The translations under genes were made by a program, and so were the position numbers. From assembly GCF_964204645.1 (NCBI RefSeq), contig NC_134026.1, forward strand, positions 19,440,150-19,504,149: DNA of 64,000 nucleotides. The letters run 5' to 3'. The notes below the pieces were generated by a model. The model saw nothing but the letters and a program-made list of their open reading frames with translations. It had not been told where the DNA came from and did no database searches. Positions 24,477 to 35,240 of the stretch are shown here, in pieces (the first letter of the stretch is position 1; every line of letters begins with the position of its first letter). The DNA comes from Tubulanus polymorphus. Taxonomy: Eukaryota; Animalia; Nemertea.

Positions 24477-27400
24477 TTAGACGGTCCAATCCCCGAACCT
24501 ATCGGGCAAGCGGGTTCTTCGATCAGATCTTCTACTAGAAAGGCCCTCAGAGGGCATCGCACCTAGGGGCGAATCAACGGCCACATAGGGCTTCAATCGA
24601 TCGAAATGTATATATTTGACATTGTGGTTTTCGAGATTCTCAACACCAAAGACCACGTCGTTGACAATGCGCGTGACTGAAAACGGACCAGTCCAAAGAC
24701 AGGACAATTTCTTGGTCTGTCGGGCCGAAATGGCGGGCGTGTAAACCCAGACTAAATCTCCGATATTATAAGTAGAGCCGCTCTGTCGCAAATCGTAACT
24801 TCTCTTATTTCGTTTCGTTCTTATTTCCAGGTTGCGTCGAGTCAATGCAAACGCGGTTTCAAGACGCTCTTTAACTTCGATCGCATACGATTTAGTTGGA
24901 AGAGGAGAGTGTTCCGCCGCGGATGTACCGGATACAATTTGAAGCGGTAAGTTAATTTCACGCCCGAACATCAAATAATTCGGAGTAAAACCAGTGCTAT
25001 CATGCACGGAAGCACGGTACGCCATAGTTAAGAAAGGTAATTGTTCGTCCCAGTCAGTCTGGTTAGAATTCACAGTCATAGCGAGGCCGTCTAAAAGAGT
25101 CCGATTGTACTTCTCGCACAACCCGTCGGATTGCGGGTGATAGGCCGTTGTACGGGTTTTCTGCATCTCGAGCAGTTCGCATATCTCTCTAACTAGTTTC
25201 GATTGGAAGTTCGTGCCTTGGTCACTATGGAATTGGCGGGCTACCCCATACCTCGAAATGAATTCTCTCACTAAGGTCGTTGCCACGGTAACAGCTGTCT
25301 GATTGGGTAGAGCATAGGCTTCTACCCACCGAGTGAAATAGTCGGTCACAACTAAGATAACTGTATTGCCAGAGTCAGTCTCGGGGAGAGGACCTAGAAT
25401 GTCGAGTGCGATTCGTTCGAGTGGTAGTCCCACTCTGTAATCTTTCATAGCGGCCCTTCTCTTCTTAGGGGTGGTCTTTCTTGACGCGCAGATATGACAC
25501 TGTTGACACCAGAGTTTAATGTCCTCATGGATTCCGTGCCAGAAATATTGACCATGGACGGCGGCGAGAGTCTTCTTTACTCCGAAATGTGCCGAAGTAC
25601 GGGAGTTATGGATGGAGTTAAAGACTTCTTTTCGATACTTTCTCGGGAGGAGTAGGAGCGTTGAATCGGGATGTCCAGCGCGTTCCTTGCTTATAAATAG
25701 TTTACCGTCAATCAGTTTTAATTGTGTCCATCGAGCCCAGTAGAACTTGGTCGAAAGCCCAAGGCTGGAGACATCTTGCCAGGCAGGCCTGTCGCCGGAC
25801 TTGAATCTTTCCACTATCCAAGATAGCTCCGAGTCAACTGCCTGTTCATTTATCAATTGCTGAGTCGTCCATTCGGTTGAACTTAACAGGGTGGTCCCAG
25901 ATCTAGGTATATTTCGTTGTTCGATGTTAATGTTTCTAATTTTGGTTCTGTCATTACAGGGAGAAATATCGCCCTGAAAGTTTGAAGAAGAACGGAGGCA
26001 GCTTGCACACTCTCGGCGTGAAAGACCATCAGCATTGGTGTGAAAACGACCGGGTCGATGTTGAATCTTGAATCGATACTCGGCCAAGGCGGTTATCCAT
26101 CTTGCGGTCTGTCCCTCTGGCTCCTTGAATGACATCAGCCACCGAAGTGACGCGTGGTCAGTCCTGAGGAGGAATTCTCTCCCAAGTAAGTAGTGTCGAA
26201 AATGTTTCACATAAGTTATAACTGCGAGCAACTCTCGCCTAGTGGTACAATAGTTTCTCTCCGGTTTGGAAAGGACACGGCTACCATACGCGATCACCCT
26301 TTCCTGTCCGTCCTGCGGCTGAGATAGCACTCCTCCGAGCCCCACTCCAGAAGCATCGCAATCTAGAATGAATGGTAAATCGGGGTCAGGATAGGCTAAG
26401 ACTGGTGGCGACATCAACATCTCTTTCAATCGGATGAACGCATCTTCGCAGTCTGATGTCCAGGTAAACTTCCTGTCTTTCTCGGTTAATTTATACATCG
26501 AGTGAGCGACGGAAGAGAAATCCGGGCAGAAATTTCGATAATACGACGCCAGGCCGAGGAATGATCGGACATCAGTTGGACACTTCGGTGTAGGCCAGTT
26601 CTTGATGGCTTCAATCTTAACAGGATCGCAGGCGACTCCCTCTTCTGAGACGATATGGCCTAGGAAAGTGACGCTTCTCTGGAAAAATTGACACTTCTTA
26701 GGTTTGAGCTTCAACCCGGAACGTCTGATTCGGTCAAAGACCGCCCGTAGATTCTGCAGAGTCTCGTCGAAGGATCTTCCGTATACGATGATATCGTCGA
26801 GATAAATTAAACAAATCTCATTTTGCAGCCCGCGCAAAACCTGCTCCATCAATCTTTCAAACGTGGCGCCCGCGTTGCATAGACCGAACGGCATACGCTT
26901 AAACTGATAAAGGCCATTTCGTACTACGAATGCTGTTTTCTCTTTAGCTTCTTCAGACAACTCCACCTGCCAATATCCTGAGGCTAAGTCCATCGTGCAA
27001 AAGTATTTCGATCCTGACAAAGAGCGAATCGAATCATCTATTCGGGGAAGCGGGTACGAGTCAAGCTGCGTACACGAGTTCAATGCCCGGAAATCTACGC
27101 AGAACCGTGTGGAACCATCTTTCTTCCCGACCAACACGATATTCGAGCACCAAGGGCTGGATGAAGGTTCTATCACGTCTCGGTTTAGCATGTCTTCCAC
27201 CATTTCGTCTGCTGTCTCTTGTTTCGATATGGGCATCCGCCTCGCCCGCTGTTTGATAGGGCGGCTCCCATTGGTGTCAATGTCGTGTGTCACGCCCTGG
27301 GCTAAACCCAAATCAGTGTCCGATTTCGAAAATATGTCAGAGTATTCTAGTATGAGCTGTCTCGCTTGTTCTCCCTCAGTAGGACTCAAATTCTCAAGGG

Positions 27401-28346
27401 TTCTCGCAATTAAGTCCACTAAATGATCAGGCTCTCTCTGGTCGGGTTGTAATTCTAGCTCGGTTATGCCGATCTGATTCATGCTTGAGCCGCCAACTCG
27501 GCTGATGGTGCTGAGATAGCCCAGGGTTGAACCCTTATGAATGGTTATCGTTTCCGGGGTCGGATTCATAACCCTTGCTGGTAGAAATTTCTTCTCTGTG
27601 TCTACAAGACTACGTGCGGTGAGAAATTGGTGTTTATGGGAAAGTCGCGATGACTCTATTATTGCCCATTTTCCAGTATGGTGTTGAACATCTACGAGTC
27701 CATCAACTATCTGTTCCGAAAATGGCTGAAGGATAACTTTCCGCCGGCTTCGTACTCGAGTGTTATTCTCGTCAAGATTACAGTGCTTTCCGTAAAACAG
27801 TTGCTCATCACCCAAAATCAAGCTCTTCCGTCCGGGAAATATCTTACAGTCGAAAAATTCTAGAAAGTCCATGCCGAGTATGACATCTTCTGATATATCA
27901 GCAATCACGAATTTCCAGGGAGTCGATTTATCGAAGATCTTAGCGTCGATCTCCATCTGACCTTTGACCTCAATACCTAAGCCATTGGCCGTACTCAATG
28001 CAACATCTGACATCTCTAATTTATCTTTCATCGCAGGACGAAGTCGATTATAAATCTTGCTATTTACAACGGAGACGCAAGCTCCCGTGTCAATCAAATA
28101 ATTTACATTGATTTCTCCTATTTTTCCGTGTATGATTATGCTCGTTGAATTTCTGCTCATTTGATAAATCTTTCTGATTTCTTTAATTTTAGGAGTTGGA
28201 GTATGATGATTTAATGAAGGAAATGAGAGTTCTTCTACTTGCGCGGCTGGCCGGACTCTCGAGGAGCCAACCGTCCCTCGTTTCCCTGATGCCTTGATCT
28301 GCGACATTCTCGAGAAATGTGGCCGGGCTCTCCGCAGGCGTAACAA
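24477..28346 (-). CDS. pol: Pol polyprotein (protease, RT, RNase H, integrase) in the -1 frame relative to gag
   Basis: LIDTGA protease, YLDD RT, CDAS RNase H, HHCC plus HSDQG integrase core, WTGPF module; no chromodomain. Confidence 0.97.
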   Translation of the reverse strand: MLRLRRARPHFSRMSQIKASGKRGTVGSSRVRPAAQVEELSFPSLNHHTPTPKIKEIRKIYQMSRNSTSIIIHGKIGEINVNYLIDTGACVSVVNSKIYNRLRPAMKDKLEMSDVALSTANGLGIEVKGQMEIDAKIFDKSTPWKFVIADISEDVILGMDFLEFFDCKIFPGRKSLILGDEQLFYGKHCNLDENNTRVRSRRKVILQPFSEQIVDGLVDVQHHTGKWAIIESSRLSHKHQFLTARSLVDTEKKFLPARVMNPTPETITIHKGSTLGYLSTISRVGGSSMNQIGITELELQPDQREPDHLVDLIARTLENLSPTEGEQARQLILEYSDIFSKSDTDLGLAQGVTHDIDTNGSRPIKQRARRMPISKQETADEMVEDMLNRDVIEPSSSPWCSNIVLVGKKDGSTRFCVDFRALNSCTQLDSYPLPRIDDSIRSLSGSKYFCTMDLASGYWQVELSEEAKEKTAFVVRNGLYQFKRMPFGLCNAGATFERLMEQVLRGLQNEICLIYLDDIIVYGRSFDETLQNLRAVFDRIRRSGLKLKPKKCQFFQRSVTFLGHIVSEEGVACDPVKIEAIKNWPTPKCPTDVRSFLGLASYYRNFCPDFSSVAHSMYKLTEKDRKFTWTSDCEDAFIRLKEMLMSPPVLAYPDPDLPFILDCDASGVGLGGVLSQPQDGQERVIAYGSRVLSKPERNYCTTRRELLAVITYVKHFRHYLLGREFLLRTDHASLRWLMSFKEPEGQTARWITALAEYRFKIQHRPGRFHTNADGLSRRECASCLRSSSNFQGDISPCNDRTKIRNINIEQRNIPRSGTTLLSSTEWTTQQLINEQAVDSELSWIVERFKSGDRPAWQDVSSLGLSTKFYWARWTQLKLIDGKLFISKERAGHPDSTLLLLPRKYRKEVFNSIHNSRTSAHFGVKKTLAAVHGQYFWHGIHEDIKLWCQQCHICASRKTTPKKRRAAMKDYRVGLPLERIALDILGPLPETDSGNTVILVVTDYFTRWVEAYALPNQTAVTVATTLVREFISRYGVARQFHSDQGTNFQSKLVREICELLEMQKTRTTAYHPQSDGLCEKYNRTLLDGLAMTVNSNQTDWDEQLPFLTMAYRASVHDSTGFTPNYLMFGREINLPLQIVSGTSAAEHSPLPTKSYAIEVKERLETAFALTRRNLEIRTKRNKRSYDLRQSGSTYNIGDLVWVYTPAISARQTKKLSCLWTGPFSVTRIVNDVVFGVENLENHNVKYIHFDRLKPYVAVDSPLGAMPSEGLSSRRSDRRTRLPDRFGDWTV

Positions 28347-29353
28347 ACGATGCGATTAGGGAGACGCCTACCGGCATCCGCAGGGGGGCGTTGCTGAGTC
28401 AACACTTGCTTCACCATTGAGGTTAGTTGAGCGACTTGTTCTTTTAACCCTTCAATTTCTCCACGGGGTTCCGATTTAACCTGATTCACGAAGCCATGCG
28501 AGTTTCTCTCCCGAACATCTTCTAGTTTCTCGAATGCCTCGAGTTCTACCGCTAATTTCACGACCTCATCTAATGACGTACTATGACTCTGATGAAGGCG
28601 CATTCTCAAATCTCTATCATCCAAAGCATCGATAAAATGGTTTCGTGTTAATCGGTCTCGTTGAGTCGGAGTTAAATCAGGGTAAGCCTTGGTTGCCAAG
28701 GTGATTAATACCTGCGAGAGCTCTCTCAGGCCTTCATTTCGTTTACGACGTCTGTTTCTTATTTCAGCCAAAAATAGTTCAGCCTGATGACCATGTCCAA
28801 AGCGATTGTCGAGCACTCTGACCAGTTGCTGAAAATCTCGCCTCTCCTCGTCGACGAGTGTACATACTAGTTGTCGGGCTGGACCACGAAGATGAGCAAA
28901 CAGGATATCGGCTTTAAGACGTCCGTTCCAGCCATTAATTCGGGCTACAGTCGCGAAAACTTGGAGATAATCAGGCCATGAGCCGTCTCCGGAAAACGTC
29001 TCGGGTCTGATATTATATAAATTATGAACAGTCGAGCTATAGCCGGCGGTTGCTGGGCCGATCGGTGCTGTCTCACGCTCAAAGGGCCTCGGTCGGTCGA
29101 TTTCATCATTGAAAGGAAGGTCAGTGATGTCGTCCCTCGATTCTGTCATCGTACGAGTCTCATCACTGGTAAGTCGGCTTAATGACCCGTCTTGAGAACC
29201 GTCGCCGGAGGCTGATTGAGTAACCTCGCGATCTCTATTAAGGTCAAGGTCTTGATCAAATCGTACATGTCGTTCATCTCCCTGACTATGGGATCTGCTC
29301 TTTGCCTTGCCTCGGGTACGTGAGCGACCTCTCGTCATGTCATTATTTTCCAT
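28235..29353 (-). CDS. gag: Gag, 372 aa
   Basis: PETFSGDGSW and LRGPA capsid-like motifs; CCHC knuckle CYACGEPGHISREC. Confidence 0.95.
   Translation of the reverse strand: MENNDMTRGRSRTRGKAKSRSHSQGDERHVRFDQDLDLNRDREVTQSASGDGSQDGSLSRLTSDETRTMTESRDDITDLPFNDEIDRPRPFERETAPIGPATAGYSSTVHNLYNIRPETFSGDGSWPDYLQVFATVARINGWNGRLKADILFAHLRGPARQLVCTLVDEERRDFQQLVRVLDNRFGHGHQAELFLAEIRNRRRKRNEGLRELSQVLITLATKAYPDLTPTQRDRLTRNHFIDALDDRDLRMRLHQSHSTSLDEVVKLAVELEAFEKLEDVRERNSHGFVNQVKSEPRGEIEGLKEQVAQLTSMVKQVLTQQRPPADAGRRLPNRIVCYACGEPGHISRECRRSRHQGNEGRLAPRESGQPRK
28244..28286 (-). promoter_or_regulatory. Programmed -1 ribosomal frameshift signal
   Basis: G GGA AAC heptamer in gag phase (28286-28280), a 6-nt spacer, then stem CGGTTGGC/GCCAGCCG. 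Confidence 0.85.
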
Positions 29354-29562
29354 TTTTACTTATAGCTGAATTAGAAGACGAACGATTAGAATGACGCCGC
29401 GCAAGAAGGTTGAAAGGAAAAACCAATTTAAATATATATGATAAGCTGATCACTGGAAGAAGGATTTCTGCTGCATCGGAAAAATAAACTAGCCCTAACC
29501 CGTCACTCGTCAAGTCAAACGAAAATTAATACTTTCAATAAGGGAAGTATTTTGATAAATAG

Positions 29563-29580
29563 ATCCCACCGCTGCCACCA
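29563..29580 (-). other. Primer binding site for tRNA-Leu
   Basis: TGGTGGCAGCGGTGGGAT is complementary to the metazoan tRNA-Leu(AAG/TAG) 3' end ATCCCACCGCTGCCA+CCA; it lies 4 nt from the 5' LTR. Confidence 0.9.
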
Positions 29581-30525
29581 TTTTTGTAGCGGTTGTAGTG
29601 TAAACATATAAAATAGTAATTCAGGTAGTGACTGCTGTTGTCCATAGGTAGCGTAGTCGTAGTCACTCTGCTGTGCCGGGGCGCTCGCTACACGGGTCCG
29701 CCTGGGTCGACCGCACTCGGGTAGTGAATACGGCAAGGAGACTCTTGTCTTCCCCAGGAAAGTAAATGGTATAAAATATGTAGAATCTGTTCCTCTATTG
29801 AAAAATGTCGCTAAAAAGGGCGCTTAAGCAGTACGCTCTCCTCCAAACAGTCGCCTCCCTACTCCACGTAGCCTTAATCTGTGTGGCCAATACAGACCCC
29901 CCAACCCGCTCTCCTCAGAGTAATCCGCTTTAGGGGCTTTCCTCGGACGAAACTCGCAGTGTTGATTACTCGGCGGATATGGCTACCCCCATTCCAAGTG
30001 CCCTCTCGCACATAGCTGTCCCCCGACATCTCAGGAGCTAATTGCGACTCATGCCAGATCTGTCAAACTAGTCGTATGCATAAGTGTTGTCCGTAGCGAC
30101 GGTCAATAGGGGAACGATCCTCACGTAGAACTAAATGGGTTCGATGCAGCAGGAAAACAAACAGAAATCCTCGTCCTTCCTTCCAGTGCCGGCGAATCAA
30201 ATAAACGCAAGATTCGAAGTTTGATTGGAATGTAGTACGAATTATTAAATATATATATTTTCTTATAATACAAAGTTCATCGTTCTTGATGCCAAGGGGA
30301 CATCATGTCCACACGCAAAACACCTTGATTATTTACATTTCGATATATAAAAAGAATGTGCCCTTCATGGCTTGCAAAGCCTTGGTACAGTCAATGTACG
30401 GTAGCATACAAAGGAGACGACCGAACGTCGAATAGAAGCGGTGGCGCGGCGGACTCCGGTGTGTATCTAATATCACTTAGGTCTCAGTAAACGAGCGTCG
30501 AAGCTAATCAACGATTAAGATGTTA

Positions 30526-30869
30526 ACGACGGAGCGTCAAGTAGTTAACGACGAGCGTTGTCGTTAATCAACGATAAGAATTATACGACGGAGCGTCAAA
30601 TAGTTAACGACGAGCGTTGTCGTTAATCAACGATATGAATTATACGACGGAGCGTCAAATAGCTAACGACGAGCGTTGTCGTTAATCAACGATATGAATT
30701 ATACGACGGAGCGTCAAATAGTTAACGACGAGCGTTGTCGTCAATCAACGATAAGAATTATACGACGGAGCGTCAAATAGTTAACGACGAGCGTTGTCGT
30801 TAATCAACGATAAGAATTATACGACGGAGCGTCAAATAGTTAACGACGAGCGTTGTCGTTAATCAACGA
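30526..30869. repeat. Tandem array of six 59-bp units (5' LTR copy)
   Basis: Same units and same variant positions as 19986-20329. Confidence 0.95.
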
Positions 30870-31338
30870 CTGCGCGCCAAATTCAAAATGTCGGTGACGC
30901 GAACTCAAAGAGTCGAAATTCAGAGGCGACGTCAAGAAGATGAAACGACCGCGCGTTCGTTCGAAAAAGGAGTTACTGAATACAGGTGATTTTCATGGTC
31001 AGCAGAAAGGACATCTCGGAGTAAAATTACGGAAATAGCACAGAAGATATAGGCCTACCATACTATTATTATTACTATTACTAATTACAGCGACGAGAGC
31101 GTTAAGTCGGCATCGTTAGAGGATTGAATTTAAACAGACGATGAACTGACGGAGAATTTACAATATTTACAGGATTGTAAGGGACGAGTTTATCGGCAGC
31201 CCATGGCCGACGACTACACGACCCCCGGGTGCGTCGGCACTCGGGACTCACTGAGGGCGGGATGTCAAAAACCACTGCAGCGATCCCGGGGTCAGACGAC
31301 CCGGAGGCCCGTGTCTTAATTAGAGAGTAAAATTGTCT

Positions 31339-31497
31339 TCTTACATGATCTGTACGATTTACAGCGTCCGATTCGTAGAACGGTGAAGAGGCAGCAAGAA
31401 GAGTTTCTAATGTGGCTCTGCCAGAGCCAAGTTGCCAATGAGCGCGATTGCGCCAAATTTATAGTTTTAATGCGGTCAACGCACGCGGTGATTGGTC
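31339..31497 (-). promoter_or_regulatory. Predicted LTR promoter, first exon and splice donor
   Basis: CCAAT (31495-31491), TATAAA (31463-31458), Inr-like TCATT about 25 nt downstream, donor AT|GTAAGA at 31345/31344. Confidence 0.65.
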
Positions 31498-32826
31498 AAG
31501 CGTGACGAGCAGTGATACGATCCGCGGACAAAGTAGAGCACGCGAAATCATTCGACCGTGACGAATGATAAACCCTAAATAAAGACTTCATACGCGAGAA
31601 ATAGAATTAAGTTCTATAATATTTTAAGATTAACGCGAAAAATGACGACTATAAGACCGATACGGAGATATTTACTAAAAATAAACCGGAGCTAACCGCA
31701 CCACCGCGAAAACGCTCACACGGAAGTGAGGCGGCGCCAGCGAACGGCGTCGTAAAAACGAGCGTAAACACGAGCAGGGCTGGAGAATTCTCCGGCGACG
31801 AGACGGAACCAAAACGGCCCAAAATCAAAGAAGTTGGGTCTCGAATATAAAAAGGAGAACACACACTAATAGGTAGGTGGGGGATAAAAGAATGGCCTGG
31901 ACAGGCGCCGAAAAATCGCTAATGTCACCGCGATGTGGCGTGGCCAACACCGCGGGGGCCTGCCCAGGTCGTGAAATTGGAATCTGACAGGACTGCCAAA
32001 AATCTGTCAGATTGAAATTGAGCCGAAAAGATCCCGAAACATCGCCGCAGAACACCCAGCCCCGCCCCGGAATACGTACATCTAAAAAGAAACAATGAGA
32101 AAAGAACGGCTTAAGGCCATTCCGAAATACATAATATAATTTCACAAAAGACCGACATTTTGTGGTCAAACCCACCCCAGATATTGACAATTTTCGCCAC
32201 ACTAGTCTTTTTCAGTATCTGCATTTTTCATTCATCTTTGCTTGAGAGGACGTTGGGTGGCCTAACACAAGTCAGTTTAGGTACGGCATACCTGATATAG
32301 GGCTTCAAAGGACCAGCAAAGCTAAACCAAAACATTGATTTTCAATTCATTTTACTCACTGTAGGCCTGTAAAAGGATTGCCAAAAAGTTCATTGAATGG
32401 GGTTGCATCATATGAGCATGAGGGGTTTTTACAAGTATTTTCTGAAATCTTAATAAAAAGACGAAAACGTGTTAAATTTTGCCAGGGGAAATGCTCTGGA
32501 GAGGGGTGTGACATTATATGTGGTAGTGAAGAAGTTATTACCGGTATTTAGTCTAATAGTAAACCGTAACATTAGGCCTAACTACAAATGATATTCAGAC
32601 TATATCGGTATGTGCTACCAAAACTGCCCGAGCTAGAGCTTAGACCACCTGCTTGCAGTCTGAAAGCTAGTTGTCGTTACGGGTTCCCCTACATCCTACA
32701 TCTGTTGTTTGTTTGAGGAACAACGGCTAATTAGGTACTAGACTAACCCACGTGCCGCCAGGCCAGGGGCAAGTTTTTAAATAGTGACATTCAGGCCTAC
32801 TTTTTATTTGAATTTGCATTGTAGTG

Positions 32827-33779
32827 TAGTTAGTTACCTAATCGTTGGTGGTAAGCTTTTTATAATCGGATGGGCTTTGAAAATAGGCCTATCCGATCGT
32901 GAAACTAACTGTCAGGTGACTGACTAATTGTTGTAGTGCCCAGTGGACTGGTGCATGCATTGATAATGCTTGTCAATATTGACACTACGTACTGGGTCCT
33001 CGTCAGCAACTGTGAAAAGTGGGTTTGATGCGAGTTACTTAAAAAACAATAGAAAAAATTCAATTTGTCAATTTAATTGACAACCAGCTGACAATCAGAC
33101 GACGATCAGCTGTGCCCTTCTTTCGGTCCGCAACCTTGAGATTGTTGATACCTTGACTTAGATATTCTCGGAGTTACCCCTTCCGTACGATGATCTTTTT
33201 GTTTGAGCTTGTAGAACCGATCTCTGGTGGTATGATAACGCTTTTGTTTTCTGCTGGAACTGTATACTGATACAATTAATGACTAGATAGCAGTGTAAAT
33301 ATTTTTTATAGTTAAACTGGTTTGAATCCAAAATAACGGGTAACTCCGAAGGTAACCGAATCAGGACATCCATATCGCTGCAGTGATCACTAATTCAAAT
33401 ACAAAATAGATTGCAACACACACTGTCACATGCAAAGAACCGGCCGGCAAAGAACATGAAAATAAGTAACAGAACCTTTCGACAGGATAAAATGATCCTA
33501 CGCAACAGCAATAACGGTAATAATTAAAATCAATCATTATTTAATGGTGATAATAGAATACATAGGGAACACATTTTAAATGATACTAGTAATTTTGTTG
33601 AATGAAATGATATCTGTGATCAAGCAAGAAGACACAATTTTTTTAAAGTACAGCAATCCCCTAGTCAGTAACCTGTCTGTGGTTTAGTTTCACGATCGGA
33701 TATTTTCACAAACCACATAAGCTGGTATAAGCCCATCCGATTATAAAAAGCTTACCACCAACGATTAGGTAACTAACTA
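32827..33779. mobile_element. Non-autonomous TIR element
   Basis: Inverted repeats of about 100 bp; the outer ~50 bp are perfect (TAGTTAGTTACCTAATCGTTGGTGGTAAGCTTTTTATAATCGGATGGGCTT). Confidence 0.7.
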
Positions 33780-34887
33780 AGCAATCGGCCTAGCATGATC
33801 ATACCGGAATATGTCGGGTAGGGGCCGGTCCGTGTCGGAACAGAACTCTGCAAAAGCTCTATATCAGGGAATAATTGAATCCAATCACAAAAATGTTCAA
33901 TTATAACTGCATCACTCGACGAGATGAATTATCTTTTGTGATACAAATCAATATCAAGAACTTTTTCACGCGCTATCCCCAGACCCGAATGGAGTAGTTT
34001 CAGTAGCATATCCAAATGGGGGCGGTGCCGAGGTGGTTGCGTAGAGATTTTCCGAGGTAAAAACCCTTTCAGCCTGCCTAAACCGGCGGCTATGGTAAAA
34101 TTCAAGAATACCTTTCACACAAATTCCCTTTCCTAATCAAAATCAATTTATTGGCAGTTTCACAATTTCGAGTTTTTACAGTGGAGTGCGATTCAGACGA
34201 GTAGTCGGATCGTAAAAGGTTTGTCAATGTTATCATCATAATAATCCCACAGATCAAGAATATTTAACAATTTTTATCTGATCTTCGTCGTCCATAGAAG
34301 AAAGTTGTTTGAAGTTGTATTGTTTGGAGGGCAGGCGAGAACGAAACTACCAGAAATATGTTTTTTTAGATTTAATCATTTTAGCTTTCTTTTTGGTTTG
34401 ATTTTTGTTTCATTTGCTGGCTCATTAAAAAGATTCATCCCGAAGGGCTGTCCATAAAAGATGTCCAAAGTCGAAGGGGGAGGGGGTTTGTGAACTTTTG
34501 TGGACAAGGGAGAGGGATGGTTGTTCGGAAGCCAGAACACATCATGTAGTGTATTACCTGGATGACTATACTTCAACTTCGAAGAGAAATAGAGGACTTA
34601 CAGAAGTAATAGTTCACATATATGTTTTCAGATAATGTATGGAATAACAAACTGTAGTCCAGAGTGTATAAATGATTAAGTGAAAAAAATGATGAATAAT
34701 TTGCATATGATTGGATATCCGATGTATTTGATTGCATTTATGCTTTCTATGGACAGACGTCGTGTGTATATTATTTTTGTAAAAAACAATTATCAAAATC
34801 CTTATGAATCAAATGCATGTAATTGAACACATTTTCTAAGTTAAACTGATTAATATTCTTATGTATTCTCAATACAAACATTTGGCA

Positions 34888-35218
34888 CAGCGGTGGGTCT
34901 CCAGTGGGGGGGGGGGAGGTGCACAGGGGGTACGTGTACCCCCCTAAAGTCCTCACTAATTTTTATGGACTGACCTTTTTCGTGAAAACGATGACAAGCA
35001 TGTAAAAAATCTCTCAAAATGTGTAAACTTATGTCGTCGTTTACAATAACCAGCGCTTTTTTACGGCAGTCCTACATCGTTCATGAAAGTTGTGAAAATC
35101 ACTATTCAAATAGCGATATAAATCGTACGCTGATCATGCCCAGAACGGGTCTCCGCGCGTCTAATTTTCTGGGGGAGGACCCCCACACCCCCTATTTGGA
35201 ATCCTGGATCCGCCGCTG
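34888..35218. mobile_element. hAT-like MITE
   Basis: CAGCGGTGGGTC...GGATCCGCCGCTG imperfect TIR with G/C-run subterminal regions. Confidence 0.55.
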
Positions 35219-35240
35219 TGCACTTGACTTTCTCGTGGTA

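Larger units (their letters stand above)
19045..32201 (-). mobile_element. Full-length Ty3/Gypsy LTR retrotransposon with gag, pol and an extra 3' ORF
   Basis: TSD CTAG (19041-19044 and 32202-32205); TG...CA LTR ends; PBS; PPT; pol domain order PR-RT-RH-IN; no disabling mutations seen. Confidence 0.97.
29585..32201 (-). repeat. 5' LTR, 2617 bp
   Basis: TGTAGCG...CGCCACA ends; direct repeat of the 3' LTR; adjacent to the PBS. Confidence 0.95.

Noticed and set aside
23161-24489. ORF3 as an envelope gene
   Set aside because: No signal peptide, fusion peptide or transmembrane segment is evident; it has zinc fingers instead.
23452-27863. Plus-strand ORFs of 130, 218, 143 and 61 aa over ORF3 and pol
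   Set aside because: They look like antisense shadows of long coding frames and carry no motifs.
32680-32745. HDV-like ribozyme (stem followed by GGCTAA)
   Set aside because: I could not build P1, P3 or P1.1.
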